A DNA stretch of 64,000 nt, from contig JANJGN010000039.1 of NCBI GenBank assembly GCA_026770705.1, positions 6,138,001 to 6,202,000 of the forward strand, read 5' to 3'. Made by a program: the position numbers and the translations under genes. Source of the stretch: Isurus oxyrinchus. Its lineage: Eukaryota. The notes beneath the pieces are model-generated. The model saw nothing but the letters and a program-made list of their open reading frames with translations, made no database searches and had not been told where the DNA came from. Below are positions 1-12,800 of this stretch, in pieces; position 1 is the stretch's first letter, and each line of letters starts with the position of its first letter.

Positions 1-850
1 TGTCTGTCTGATTGTCGGTGTGACTGCGTGAGTCTGTGTGTCTGTGTGTGTATTTCTATGTCAATGTGTTTGTCTCTGTCTGGATCTGTGTTTCTGTGAG
101 TGTGTTTGTTCGTCTGTGTTATTGTGTTAATCTGATTGTACAAGTTTGTTTTTGTATGGGAGAACGTGTCTCTGCCTGTGCATATTTGTGTATCTGCGTG
201 TGTGTATCCGTGACTGCATGAGTCTGGGTGTCCGTGTGTGTTTGTGTGTGAGAGAAAGTGTTTCTGCCTGTGTGTATTTGTGTGCCTGTCTTTGAGTGCC
301 TGTATGAGCATAGTTGTCTCTGTGTGAGTGTCTGTACTTTTTTGTTTGCCTGTGCAATTGTGCGCATGTCGATGCATATTTATCTTTGTGCGCGTTTGTG
401 TGCAAGCATGTGTCTGTATCCGTGTGCGTGCGTGCGCAGGTGCCTGTGCCTGTCTGTGTATCTGCCTCTGTGTGCACGACTGTCTGTGTGTGTTTTTGCC
501 TACCTGTACATGTACGTGTGTCTGTGTGTGTGTGTGTGTGTGTGTCTACCTTTGCATTCGCGTGTGCCTCTGTGTGCATAGTTGTCTATCTGTGCATGCG
601 CCTGTGCCTGTACATGCGTGTGAGTCTACCTGTTCTTGCAGTTATATCTGTATGTGCGTGATTGACTACCTGTGCACGCGTGTGTGTGTTTGTCTGTGTG
701 TGTTTGTCTACCTTTGCATGCGCCTGTGTCTGTGTGTGCATGTGTCTGTGTTTGCTTGTGTGGCTGTCTATGCATGAGAGTGTGAGTCCACGTGGACATG
801 TGTCTGCGCGTATATGTGTGAGTGCATGTGATTCACTATGCATTTGTGCA
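1..850. repeat. Degenerate (TG)n microsatellite / low-complexity tract
   Basis: Continuous TGTG-rich sequence with a pure (TG)n run near 523-545. It produces the spurious C/V-rich and H/T-rich ORFs. Confidence 0.95.
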
Positions 851-2029
851 AGGGTGCCTGTAGATGGGATATTCCCGGCCCGTTCCCAGTGGCTGTCATG
901 TTGGGTGGGTGCGTGCAATATTCTGATTTTACAAAGATGTGTTTCAAGGTGCTGCCCCACCAGTTTGCAACCATCAGTTCCACCCGTCAATGGCGGGCCA
1001 CGTCTCACCTCGCAATACGTCTGGAGCCTAGTTTCAATACATCAGTGTAACAGTCTAAGCCCCGCTTACCAGAATCATCCCTCCCACGCATTATCATTGG
1101 GCATCATGATGGGGTTTTTCACAACAGAATATAAGTGATTTGCACCAGGTGGGCTGCACTTCCCTCGAGACTTCGAGGCTTCTTTTGTCTACATTGCTTC
1201 AGGCAGCACTCACAGTCATCAGTGTCAGGCTTTGCAGGCGGCACCACAACAATTTTATGGGGTCTGACAGGCATATCTCAAACCACCAGGGCTGTTGGAT
1301 GGCGGGGCCGGCTTCCCAACACCTTCAGGGCTAGGACTTGTTTGCAGAAGGGGGAGAAGTAGCCTCAGGCAAGGGACGTGGCTGCACGGTGGGAGCTGAC
1401 CTGGAGAACGGCAATTATCCCAGGGTGTGTTTGGGGTGAGGTCACAAGTTGATCTGTGCAAATGGCCTCAATATGGAGAGGGCTGAGCTGCACCACACGG
1501 CCCAACTCAGGAAGTTCGAATCCCATGGTGGCAGATGGTGAAATTTGAAGTTAAGTAAAACGTGGAGTTAAATGTCTAATGTAATCAGGTTTCTAATTAG
1601 GAGCGTGATTCATACGAATGTAAGAAATTAATGATAAGCTACATACCTGAAACTCGACAAGTAAGTTTCCGACCCTGAATCTTCCTTGCCAAAATTTGGC
1701 AGCAGAGGTGCCCCCGAAAGATTATTCCCTCCAGAAAGACATTATGACAACCCAGTGGAGCCTGACTGCAGTGTAAAACACTTACTCAGGGAAAGCAGAA
1801 TCGGGAACAGTGTCCTCATCTCACCAGCTAAAGTTCTGCGAAGGCAAACAGGGCAATAGTATGGCAGAGCTCTGAGGATTTAGGGGTTCGGAATTAAACT
1901 TTCAAAACTGAGTGTGACAAGAGCTCAATGCGCTCAGCTAGTGGGTGTGGGCGAGCTGCCTCTCTCCACCTTATTGGGTTCCCTGAAGACAAGGGCCATC
2001 TCCACCACATTATATGGTCGCTGTTATCC

Positions 2030-2595
2030 CAAAACCCTCATCTTCCGACTAGGCACCTTACAGCCTTCCGGACTGAATATTGAATTCAACAACTTTAGGT
2101 CGTGAGCTCCCTCCCCCATCCCCGCCCCCTTTCTGTTTCCCCCTTCCTTTTTTTCCAATAAATTATAAAGATTTTCCTTTTCCCATCTATTTCCATTATA
2201 TAAAAAACACCCCCACTAGAACTATACCTTGAGTGCCCTACCATCCATTCTTAATTAGCACATTCGTTTAGATAATATCACCAACTTTAACTTTAACACC
2301 TATGTGTTCTATTGTACCATTGTCGTTGACATCTTTTGATGATCTGCTTCTATCACTGCTTGTTTGTCCATAAAACCACACCCCCAACACCCCCCCCCCC
2401 ATTTCTCTCTCTCTCTCTCTCTTTCTCTCTCCGCCCACCACACACACACCTTAAACCAGCTTATAATTCAACTTTTTCTTGGACTCGAACTCAAGTTCTG
2501 TTGAAGGGTCATGAGGACTCGAAACATCAACTCTTTTCTTCTCCGCCGATGCTGCCAGACCTGCTGAGTTTTTCCAGGTAATTCTGTTTTTGTTT
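2030..2595 (+). mobile_element. Penelope-like retroelement 3' fragment (GIY-YIG C-terminus plus pseudo-LTR)
   Basis: Reads LIFRLGTLQPSGLNIEFNNFR, followed by a terminal module (GAAGGGTCATGAGGACTCGAAAC...GATGCTGCCAGACCTGCTGAGTTTTTCCAGG) that recurs at 16380, 32170 and 54210. Confidence 0.8.
2494..2532 (+). ncRNA. Degenerate minimal hammerhead ribozyme motif (Penelope pseudo-LTR)
   Basis: AGTT-CTGTTGA-A-GGGTC-ATGAG-GACTC-GAAA-CATC-AACT. Stems I and II are intact, but the core has CTGTTGA instead of CTGANGA. Confidence 0.5.
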
Positions 2596-3679
2596 TGCCC
2601 TCAATTTACACCTTCTCTGGCTCCTCTTACCCCCAAACTGTTCAATACCAAAAGCACCATGGCTAATCCGCAAGGTTTCTGCAGCTGCCCATGTATAATA
2701 GAGGTGATCGGGAAAATGTGGGGCCTGGGTGGAGGGGAAAGAAAATCTCATGTTTCCAATGGTGGGAGGGATGGAAGGGCAGGCAACAGAGGCGGGAGGC
2801 GATTGGCTTAAGAAACGATGGGGTCAAGAGTTGTTGGGACCTGGACTGCGCTGCCTCAGAGTACAGGGGGTGGGGAGGCAGGGACATTCGAGGCAGCCAT
2901 TTGGGAATTGCACCATTACCTGAACGGGAAGTAGGTGCAGAGTCGCAGGGATTTGGCACTATGCGAATTGATCATTCAAAGGGTCAGGTCATCAGATCGT
3001 AATAAATATCGGCAGAGGGAGCTTATTCAACTAAATGGCTCCACGTCTGCTGCAAAAATTCAATGGTTCTAGTTTTCACTCTCCTCCCTGGCCCTGGTCA
3101 TCGTCTGTAATTGGAGCTTTAAAATATCCTAGAATTGGACCAACAAAGTGATCTTATTGGGAAGACGTAGACATTAGCTGCATTTTGGAGATACCAAATG
3201 AACAAAAACCTATATCTTCACAAATAGTTACATGAGTCGCCAAAGGAGGTGTTCCTGCATGCGACACGGTGGGTTCAGGTCACCTGCTTTCTCCAGAGTC
3301 TCGGGTAAAATGCGTAGTGTGCAGTCTCAGCCTCAGCTACACCCAACACCACCCCCTCACACTGGTTGACGACTGACGTCAGTGCTGGTTAACTGGAATA
3401 ACAAAGGTGCATAATACTGCAACATTCATGCAAAGCAATGAATTTTAATGAACGGGCCTGTGATAAAAAGGAAGTAAGCATCTTTTCTGGGTCTTTGGTA
3501 ACCGGGTGCGTTGGTAACATGCCTTGCTCAGGGTGAAGGGTGAAGGGAGATGAGGACTGGAGAACAGTCGACGCATGTTGGAGTCTGAACTGGTGAATAG
3601 GCTTTGTGAAATGGAAATGTAATGGACCCAGTGTGAGAAGGAGAATGTGCAGAGAATATATCACTCTTGTTTGATTTCT

Positions 3680-4460
3680 TTTCATTCATTCACAAGATGT
3701 GGGTTTCACTGGCTGTGCCAAGATATCTTGCCCATTCCATTTGCCCCTTGAGAAGGTTGTGGTGAATTACCTTATTGAAAAGCTGCAGTCCATGTGGTGC
3801 AACAATGAAGGAATGGCGTTGTATTTCCAGGCCAGGTTTGGTACCTGGCTTTGAGGGGACTTTGCAGGTGGTGATGGTCCCTTCTATCTGCCGTTTATGT
3901 CCTACTAGATAGTAGCAGTCGTGGCTTTGGAAGGTGCCAAGGAGCCTTGGTTAATTCATAATTGAAAATGGTACATATTGCTGCTATTGTGCTTTGGTGG
4001 TCGAGGGAGTGAATATTTGTGGATGTGGTGCTTAAAGCGAATTTATTTTGCCTGGATGGTGTCCAGCCTTTGGGAGTTGTGAGAGCTGAACTCATCCAGG
4101 CAGGGGGAATATACAATTACAATCTTAAATTGTGCCTTCTACATGGTGGACAGGCTTTGATGTGTCAGGAGGTGAGTTGCACACTGCAGTATCCCTAGCC
4201 TTTGGATTGCTCTCTTAGCCACATTATTTGTATGGCTAGTCTAGTACCATTTCTGGTCAATGGTAAGCCCCATCGTGTTTAAAATAGGGGATTCAGTGAT
4301 GGTAACGCCTTTGGACATCAAAGGGTGATGGCTTGATTCTCTTTTTGGAGATGTTCATTGCCTGACAGTTGTATGGCGCGAAGGTTACATGTTGCTTGTC
4401 AGCCAAAGCCTGGACATTTTCCTGGTCTTGCTGCATGTGCACCTGAGCTAATTCAATATC
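3680..4460 (-). mobile_element. CR1-type LINE 3' fragment
   Basis: The end at 3683-3750 (TTCATTCATTCACAAGATGTGGG...TTGCCCATTCC...TTGCCCCTTGAGAAGG) is the reverse complement of the tail seen on the SINEs here. The minus-strand remnant MSSALTT..WTPSRQN matches the LINE ORF2 C-terminus. Confidence 0.7.
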
Positions 4461-4599
4461 GTGGACTGCTGATGAAAACTGGCTGTTGGAACTGAGAAAT
4501 GGGCGGAAGCGGAATGATCAGAGAGAGGCAAATGGAAAACTTGTATATTCAATCATTGTGCAGGTCAGGGGGTAATGGCAATTCTGTGAATGCAGAAGA

Positions 4600-4720
4600 A
4601 ACAGAGGAGGAATATTGTTCGCCAGAGAATGGCCACAAATGTGAAGAACGAGCTGTTCAACCTGCACAGAGCAAAGGGCGAGCTCAGCAACATTTGGAAA
4701 CAAGGCCGGAAGAGGATGTG
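4600..4720 (-). pseudogene. Tentative, highly decayed GPR139-like TM3 remnant
   Basis: Shares the 13-mer AATGGCCACAAAT with the intact gene's DRFVAI codons. Minus frames give ALCSVQ.../FTFVAIL versus TDCSVW...DRFVAIC. Confidence 0.25.
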
Positions 4721-5188
4721 TTCAGACTGCAAATTGCTGTAAGATTTTTGCAACCCAGACATTGGCCGCTGCTCATTCAATGACATTTCGGTGGTAAAAG
4801 GGCTTCCAACATCCCTGTGATTACTGAAAACTTCGGGCATCAAGATGTCTGAATCAACAAACTCTTAAGCTCTACACCGAGTTGGGGGAGATGGTGGGAG
4901 AGGTGGAGATATTGGGCCATTGCCCCCTGCACGGACCCATTGTGGATGTCCATATCACAATACACTCTGTGAGGCACAGTGTCCCATGGAGTTCGCAAAC
5001 ATATTGTCTATAATCTCGAAATGCTGACATGTTTCCATATGAGGGGGATATGCATCTGAGGTGAGACTTACCTGACCCCCTAATCCTTCTCAGACCATTG
5101 GTGCACCAGGGAGCGTAATGGCTCCAGCCTGAATGAGGTTGAATGTAGAACAAGGATTGGCATGCAGTAAATATAAGGCATCTATCTA

Positions 5189-6130
5189 TTGTAAGGAACA
5201 TTTTTTTTTAAATTTCTGTTGGACTGTGGATTGAAGACTATAATGGTTGCAGTTGGAAAGATATGTCCACTGGAACAGAATGAGAGATACATACAGTGTT
5301 GCAGTCCTGGAAGTGAGGGTGCAATGAAAGAGAGCTTGTGGTTGGAAAAGAGTTCTGCACGAAGGGCGATAGCTGGCTGTATTGCTTTAATTTGCTCCTG
5401 ACAAGTTGGCCATGCTTTGTGTGAGAGTAGCGCAGAATGGTTCCAAGCCTGAAAGGAACAAAACTTATAATCTCGTTCGACTGTGTTTGGAAGATGCCAT
5501 TGATTCCACAATAACTGCTATCTGGCTTTTTCTCCTCATGTCAGTATCATCTGCTTTTGCTGAAAACCGCTATCAAGCGGCAACGGGGAAAATCACCATT
5601 GGAGACATTGAAAGGTAAGATCTTCACCAGTGAACTAAAAACTGAAAGTGCTGGAAGAACACCTCGTGTCATCAACAACGAGCTGGAAAGAATTTGGAAG
5701 ACATTTATCAAAATCAACCCACTGAATCCTGTACACTCCTATTGGTGCTGTTGAACTTTTTATCCCACCCTTGAAATCCATGTTTGCCTCTCTTATGTAT
5801 CTTTTTCGTGTGTGTTTTTAGGGATTGATGAATTGGTTAGCGTTTAAGTTATAGTATTCAAAGTTAGCAGTCCGTATTTCCTTATTTTGGGGCTGGTAAC
5901 TGGCAGTTGGATCAATAAAGACTTATTTACTTATCATGCTTACACATGGTGCAATTATTCTGTTGACACTTGGCTAGAACTGGGGCAACCTGCAGTCTTC
6001 ATCAGGCTTTTTCACATTTGCAATGTTCCGGGGAACAGTGGGTCTTGATGTTACAGAGCCACATCGCCAGCAAGCCGCGACTTTGTTCTTCAGGAGCGGT
6101 GGTCATCATGGAACCATCCGTGATGCTCAG
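5189..6130 (+). mobile_element. Probable gypsy-type LTR remnant
   Basis: Starts TGTAAG and contains AATAAA near 5914. It is followed by a PBS-like ATGGTGGCG at about 6135 and a gag-like A-rich tract. No second LTR copy is visible. Confidence 0.3.
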
Positions 6131-6594
6131 ATTAATGGTGGCGTTGGGCTTTCATCTTGAGAGCTCACGGCCCATGGGGTGTGTGACTTATGCTCCTCGA
6201 TTTCAGCTGGGGCTGCGATCAGCCAGGCAAGTAGTAAGTTATCTCTGTCGCTCCAGTGAACTGTGCGGAACTAAATTGGAGAGTCGTTATTCACTACACT
6301 TGCATGCAATCACCAGTCTCTGAGTTGCACTCCCCATGTTAATACCTTAGAGCTAAAGTTTTATTTATGAGAATATTAAAGTTTCAAAAGTAAGGCAATT
6401 GAAATGCTACGGTTTATAGATTACCAGTAACTTAGGAAATGAAAGTACAAAAGGAAATCTGGCTTTGCTTAGAAAGGGCAGGAGTAGGGGCAGCAAGCTA
6501 TAAACAAAACCTAGCTTGTCACAATTAGCTGGGAAATTTGGGATGTGATGTTTGCAATGCTTACAAAGAAGCGCAGTCCAGAGGAAAAGGTGGA

Positions 6595-6950
6595 AGTGAT
6601 GGCCTAAAAGTATTGCTGTGGAATTACTAACCCATAGTAATGCTTTTGGGGACCTGGGTTTTGTTCCTACAGCAGCAGATGGTGGAATTTAAATTCAATA
6701 AAAATCACGAATTAAAGGACTAACGATGACAACGGAACTATTGCTGATTTTTGTTAATAAAAAAACTATCTGGTTCACTCCTCTCCTTTAGGGTTGCGGA
6801 AATCTATCGCCTTTACATGGTTCTGCAGACGTGAGTGCAGACCCACTAGCAATGTGTTTGACTCATAATCCTTCCTCTGAAGCTATCCCTTCGAGGGCAA
6901 CAAATCCTGGCCCTGCCAATGTAGCCAAAATCCAATGGATGAATAATCTT
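6595..6950 (+). mobile_element. tRNA-derived SINE (HE1-like), decayed
   Basis: GGGGACCTGGGTT B-box-like region, GCAGATGGTGGAATTTAAATTCAATAAAAA core and a LINE-shared tail. Similar to 14130-14497 and to the fragment at 1510-1580. Confidence 0.7.
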
Positions 6951-7354
6951 ATAAAAACTCTGAAATGTTGCAAAACTCTTTTCCTTCCTGAGATCCAAGG
7001 AGAAAATGCAAATTAGGGATGAATAACCTAGAGGGCAATTGATGGAGTTTTGATGTTTTTGTGACTTTTGATGGGGATGCCTTTAAATTTCAAGGGGAGA
7101 TCTTCAGACGTGCTTATTGGAGACATTTGTGTCGAATGATTGTCGGTTGAGCTATTATCCTCCAGAAACCAACAAGCCAAAATAATCAAATTACCAAAGA
7201 ACACCAAGAGGAAACAAAATGAGAAAATTTCACTTTTTAAAATGTTTACTTTAACAATCAAAACAAAATGAAAATGAATGACATTAAAATGAACAAGCAC
7301 ATTGTATTCATTAGAAATTATAACTTACTCTTTAAATAGCTTATTCACCAGGCA

Positions 7355-8470
7355 ACATTCAGTTCAGTTTCCAGTCAATAATAAGCCGCAGGATGTTGAT
7401 TGTGGGGGGCTCAGTGATGGTAATGCCATTGAACATCAAGGCGTGATAGTTAGATTCTCTCTTGTTGGTGATGTTCATTGCCTGACACTTGTGTGGTTGG
7501 AATGTGACTTGAAACTTGTCAGCCCAATCTTGGATATTTTTCAGGTGTTACCTTTATACATGGATGCTTCAGTATCTAAGGAGCAGCAAATGGAGGTGAA
7601 CATTGTGCAATCATCAGCGAACATCCCCACTTCTGATGTTATGATCGATGGAAGGTCATTGATGAAGCAGCTGAAGATGGATGGGCCGAGGAATCCACAC
7701 TGAGGAACCCCTGCAGTTATGTCCTGGAGCTGAGCTACTCACCTCCAACAAACATAACCAGCTTCCTTTATACTATGTATGACTACAAGCAGTGGACAGT
7801 TTTATCCGTTCTTTCTAATGATTACAGCTTTGCTAGGGCTCCTTGATGCCACACTCGTTCAACTGCGGCACTGATGTCACTCGCACCTCACCTGGGGGTT
7901 TCAGCACTTTTTTTTCCATGGTTGACCCAAGTCTGAATTGTGGTCATGAGCTGCGTAGCCTACGTTTAACCACAAATGAGCCTCAAGGAGCAAGTTGTTG
8001 CTAAGCAAGAGCCGCTTCATAGCACTGTTGATGATCCCTTACATTAATTTACTGATGATGGACAGCCGACTGATGGGAAAGCAATTGGCTGGGTTGGATT
8101 TGTCCTGCTCTGTGTGTGCAGGATATATCTGGGCTCTTTTCCACATAACTCGGCAGATACCAGTGTTGTAGCTGTACTGGAACAGCTTGGCTAGCTGTGC
8201 AGCAAGTTATAGAGCACATATCTATTGCCGAAATACTGTTAGGGCCCATTGCACTTGCTGTACACAGTGCCTTCAGCTGTTTCTTGATAACACATGTAGT
8301 GAATCGAATTGACTGAGGACTGGCATCTGTGATGCTGTGGACCTCCGAAGGAGGACGATTTAGATCATCCACTCGGCACTTCTGGCTGAAGATCGTTGTG
8401 AATAATTGAGCTTTATAGCTTGCACTGCTGCCCTGGGCTCCCCCATCATTGAGGATGGGGATATTTGTGG
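7355..8470 (-). mobile_element. CR1-type LINE ORF2 (RT) fragments
   Basis: The minus strand encodes FSCFINDLPSIITSEVGMFADDCTMF (RT FADD motif, about 7600-7675) and an upstream ITDASPQSIRFT...KKQLKAL..ASAMGPNSI segment. Frames are disrupted. Confidence 0.8.
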
Positions 8471-8479
8471 AACTCCCTC

Positions 8480-8830
8480 AGTTGCATTGGAGCCTTGGTT
8501 AGACCGCACCTGGAGGAATGTGGTCAATTTTGTTCTCCTTGCGTAAGGGAGAATGAGCTGTCACAAGGGAGTGGAGTGGATGTTCACCAGGTTAATCACT
8601 TGGATGGTTGGATTTACTGAAAAAGGGACTATGAGGTCGCGGGCCGGTGGCTGGGAGACGGGGCAGAGTTGTTAGGGAAGGGCTAGTGCTAAACAGCAGT
8701 CGCCGAATAGGAGGCAGGAGATTTAATATCTCCATCCCAGGGAGCTGTGGGGGCTCAATCATTGGCTGTGTTTAACTAGGAAGTCAGTAGATTTCTTGTT
8801 CTTAATGACATCAATGGACACTGGGATCAG
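8480..8830 (+). mobile_element. CR1 LINE 3' fragment
   Basis: GCCTTGGTTAGACCGCACCTGGAGGAATGTGGTCAATTTTGTTCTCCT translates to the ALVRPHLE.C.QF.SP motif of CR1 ORF2. Confidence 0.65.
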
Positions 8831-9829
8831 TACTGAAAATTGGTGTTGGGCTAAACATCCAGCCTGGCCTGGTGGGAGGCAGAGCAGGCTCGAGGGGCTG
8901 CACGATCTCCTCCTCATTACACCTTTCTGGGTACCTCCATTTCCCAATCTCGATAGAAAAGCAAAGTCTGCGCCTGCTTTAAGCCTGGAGCTCGAACCAG
9001 GAAATGCTGCAAATGCTCAGCAGGGCAGCATCTGCAGGGACAGCGGGCATAAAGTTACCATTTCAACGTCCCTGACCAACTCTAATGGGAGGTGGCAGCA
9101 CTGGGAGGGATCTGATACTGTCCGTCGGTTGTTTGCTCGCTCCGCTCTGCCTATTGCTATGCTGTTCCAGCTGCTTCACACATACCCATCCACTTCTTGC
9201 CACCTCATGGACAGAGAGGCTGGGCGCTGCTCCTATTATTTAATTTAATTCAGATTGAACCATGGCTGCGATGGGACCTAAACTCGCACCTCTGCAGCGT
9301 CCGTCTACACGACCGGCACAGCAACATAAGCATTGTAATCTCATTGCCACTGGTGAAACAATGCCCTGAGGGAGCAGGCCCCGACAGGCTGGGGCATTGG
9401 CATCAAACCAGCGACCTCACAGTGTCACTTGTCCAGGGACATTGAACAACCTCTGAGCCCTTTCACTTCCTTCACCTTTATTTGCATGTGTTTAAATGTG
9501 CACCGGTGTTGTTCAACAGATCTGAAATCGGATCTGAACGGCCAATGTCTCTCAGCATGCGCGTAACAATTGACAAACGTGTCAGTATTGGATATTGCGC
9601 TGTCTGTGTCGCTGAAAAGTGAGTGAAACACAAGGAATATTCAGATGATAAATCCAACAATCATGATCGTTTCTGTAAGCGACATATCCGAGTTATCTAC
9701 ACAAAAGGTCAGCATTTATTGTCCATTCCAATTGCCATTCCACTTGCTTAGAAGAGATACAGACACTGGAAGTGCAAAATGTTTTTGTTCACGGGCAACA
9801 TGATTGGCGCAGTCTTGGAGTGATGAAGG

Positions 9830-12800
9830 ATCTGTTACTATACTGTACTTTACTTTGTTCTTGTTCTTTGTTCTGTAGATTGGGACTGTAACTATAGTTT
9901 TAGATTGCATAGAACGTCAGCATGTTGACAGCGCTGCGGGTTACTGACTATAATAATAGAATGCTTACACTGTCAGCATGTTGACAGAACCGGGTGTCCG
10001 TCACTATTGTAATAGAGCGCTTAGACTGTCAGCATGTTGACAGAACCGGGGGTCTGTCACTATTGTAATAGAATGCTTAGACTGTCAGCATATTGATAGA
10101 ACCAGAGGTCTGGCGCTATTGTAATATAGTGCATTGATTGTCAGCATGTTGACAGAACCGGGGGTCTGTCACTATTGTAATAGAATGCTTACACTGTCAG
10201 CATGTTGACAGAACCGGGTGTCTGCCACTATAGTAATAGAGTGCTTAGACTGTCAGCATGTTGACAGAACCGGGGGTCTGTCACTAGTGTAATAGAGTGC
10301 TTAGACTGTCAGCATGTTGACAGAACCGGGTGTCTGTCACTATAGTAATAGAGTGCTTAGACTGTCAGCATGTTGACAGAACCGGGGGTCTGTCACTATA
10401 GTAATAGAGCGCTTAGACTGTCAGCATGTTGACAGAACCGGGTGTCTGTCACTATTGTAATAGAGTGCTTAGACTGTCAGCATGTTGACAGAACCGATAG
10501 TCTGTCACCCCAGTAATATAGTGCTTAGACTGTCAGCATGTTGACAGAACCGGGGGCCTGTCACTACAGTAATAGAGTGCTTAGACTGTCAGCATATTGA
10601 TAGAACCAGAGGCCTGGCGCTATTGTAATATAATGCATTGATTGTCAGCATGTTGACAGAGCCGGGGGTCTGTCACTATTGTAATAGAGTGCTTAGACTG
10701 TCAGCATGTTGAAGGAACTGTGTGTCTGTCACTATAATAATAAAGTGCATAGACTGTGAGCCTGTTGACAAGCCGGGTGTTTGTCACTATTGTATTAGAG
10801 TGCTTAGAATGTCCGTATATTGACAGAGCCGTGGGATGTCACTATAGTAATAGAATGCATAGACTGGCAGCATGTTGGCAGAGCCGGGGGGCTCTCACTA
10901 TTGTAATAGATTGCATCGTGTGTCAACATTTTGACAGAGCCGGCAGCCTGTAACTATTGTAATAGAATGCATGGACTGTCAGAATGTTGTCTCAATGGTG
11001 GAGCTGTTACTATTGTGAAAGAGTGTATAGACTGTCAGCATGTTTAAAGAGCCGTGACGGATGTCATTATAGCGATAGAATGCAAAGTCTGACAGCATAT
11101 TGAAAGAGCCGGCGTGGATGGGTTTTGTGGGTGGAGGCGGTGGGTGGAGTGCTGTCACCACAGCAATAGAGTGCATAGACTGTCACCCTGTTGACAGAGC
11201 CGGGGTATTGTCTTTATAGTAATAGAGTGCATAAGTCGGCAGTATTTTGACACAGCCGGCGGCCTGTCTCTAAAGCTAGAGTTTGGGGAGATTGTCCGTA
11301 TGTTTACAGAACCGATAGCCTTTCAATATATTATTGGTGTGCATAGAATGTAAATTTATTTACTCTGCCGAGCGCAATGTTGACACAGCCGGGGGGCAGT
11401 CACTATAGTAGCACAGTGCATAGACTGTCAGCATGTTGACAGAGCCGGGGTCGGTCACTAATAATACTGTGCATATTCATTCAGCATGTTGAAGGAGCCG
11501 GTGGGATATCACTATATTAATAGAGTGCATAGACCGTCACCATGTCGACAGAGCAGGGGGCTTGTTACTAGAACAATAGAGTGTTTATAGTGCCAGCAAG
11601 TTGATATAGCCGGGGTGGCTGTCAAAATAGTAATAAAGTGCAGAGAGTTCCAGCACGGTGACAGAGCCGATATGCTGTCAATTTATTAATAGTGTGCAAA
11701 GACTTTCAGCATCTTACAGAGCCAGGGGGGTGTCACTATTTGTATTAGAGTGCATAGACTTTCAGTTATTTGACAGAGTCGGGGGGTGGTCTGTATATTA
11801 TCTGAGTGCATAGACTGTCAGCTTGTTGGCAAAGCCAGGGACCTATCACAATTGTCAGTATGTTTGCAGAGCCGAGAGCCTTTCATTATAGTATTAGTGT
11901 GCATAGACGATGAATTGATTTACAAAGCCGCAGGCCTGCCAGTATATGAATACAGTGGCATTCTGCCAGTTTGATAAGAGAGCAGGGGACCTATCACTAA
12001 AGGAACATAATGCTATTCTGTCAGCATGTTTACAAAGCCAGGGCTCTGTTACTGTAGTAATAGACTGGGGAGGTTCTCATTATGTTTACAGATCGGCAGC
12101 CGGTCACAATATTAATCGAAATGGAGACTGTAAGCACCATTATAGAATTGGGGGCTTGTCAGATAAGTCATAGAGTGTGGTGTCTCACTGTATGATTAAA
12201 GAGCTGGGACATTGTCAAAATATTTGCAAAGAGCCTAGACTATCACCAGTATTAAATAACCCGCGTCTGTCACTAAAGTAATATATTGGAGAGACGGGTC
12301 AGTGTGTTGATAGAACCAGCGTCTTGTCAATATAGTAATTAAGTGCGTAGACTCTAAGTTTGCTTACAGAGCTGGGCGCTGCCACTAAAGTAAATAGTTG
12401 GGGAGACTGCGAGGACGTTTAGAGAGGCAGGGCCTGTTTTTTTTTCATAACTATATAGAAGGGATAATTTTAGTATGTATGCAGAGCCGGGGACTACCTT
12501 TATATTAATGGAGTGAGGAAGCTTGCAGTAAGTTTAGAAAGCCGGGGCGTGACAGAATAATAATAGAGTGGAGAGATTGTCCATGTCCTCACAGAGCCGG
12601 GAGAAGAATTTACTATAAGGAGATTGTCAGTATTATTACAGAGCCTGAGGACTGTCACGATAGTAATAGAGTGGGGAATCTGTCAGTGTGTTTAAAGAGT
12701 TGGGTATTGTCACCACACGAATATGGCGAGCAATTGTTTTAATGTTTACAAAGCCTGGGACCTCTCACTATCGTAATCGAGTGGAGAGACATCCAGCAGT

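Noticed and set aside
36-1138. Overlapping Cys/Val-rich and His/Thr-rich ORFs
   Set aside because: These are translation artefacts of the (TG)n tract.
9480-9830. Possible minus-strand TM7 ghost (SNTDTFV...FRSDFRSV)
   Set aside because: Only two short words match, and the spacing is imperfect.
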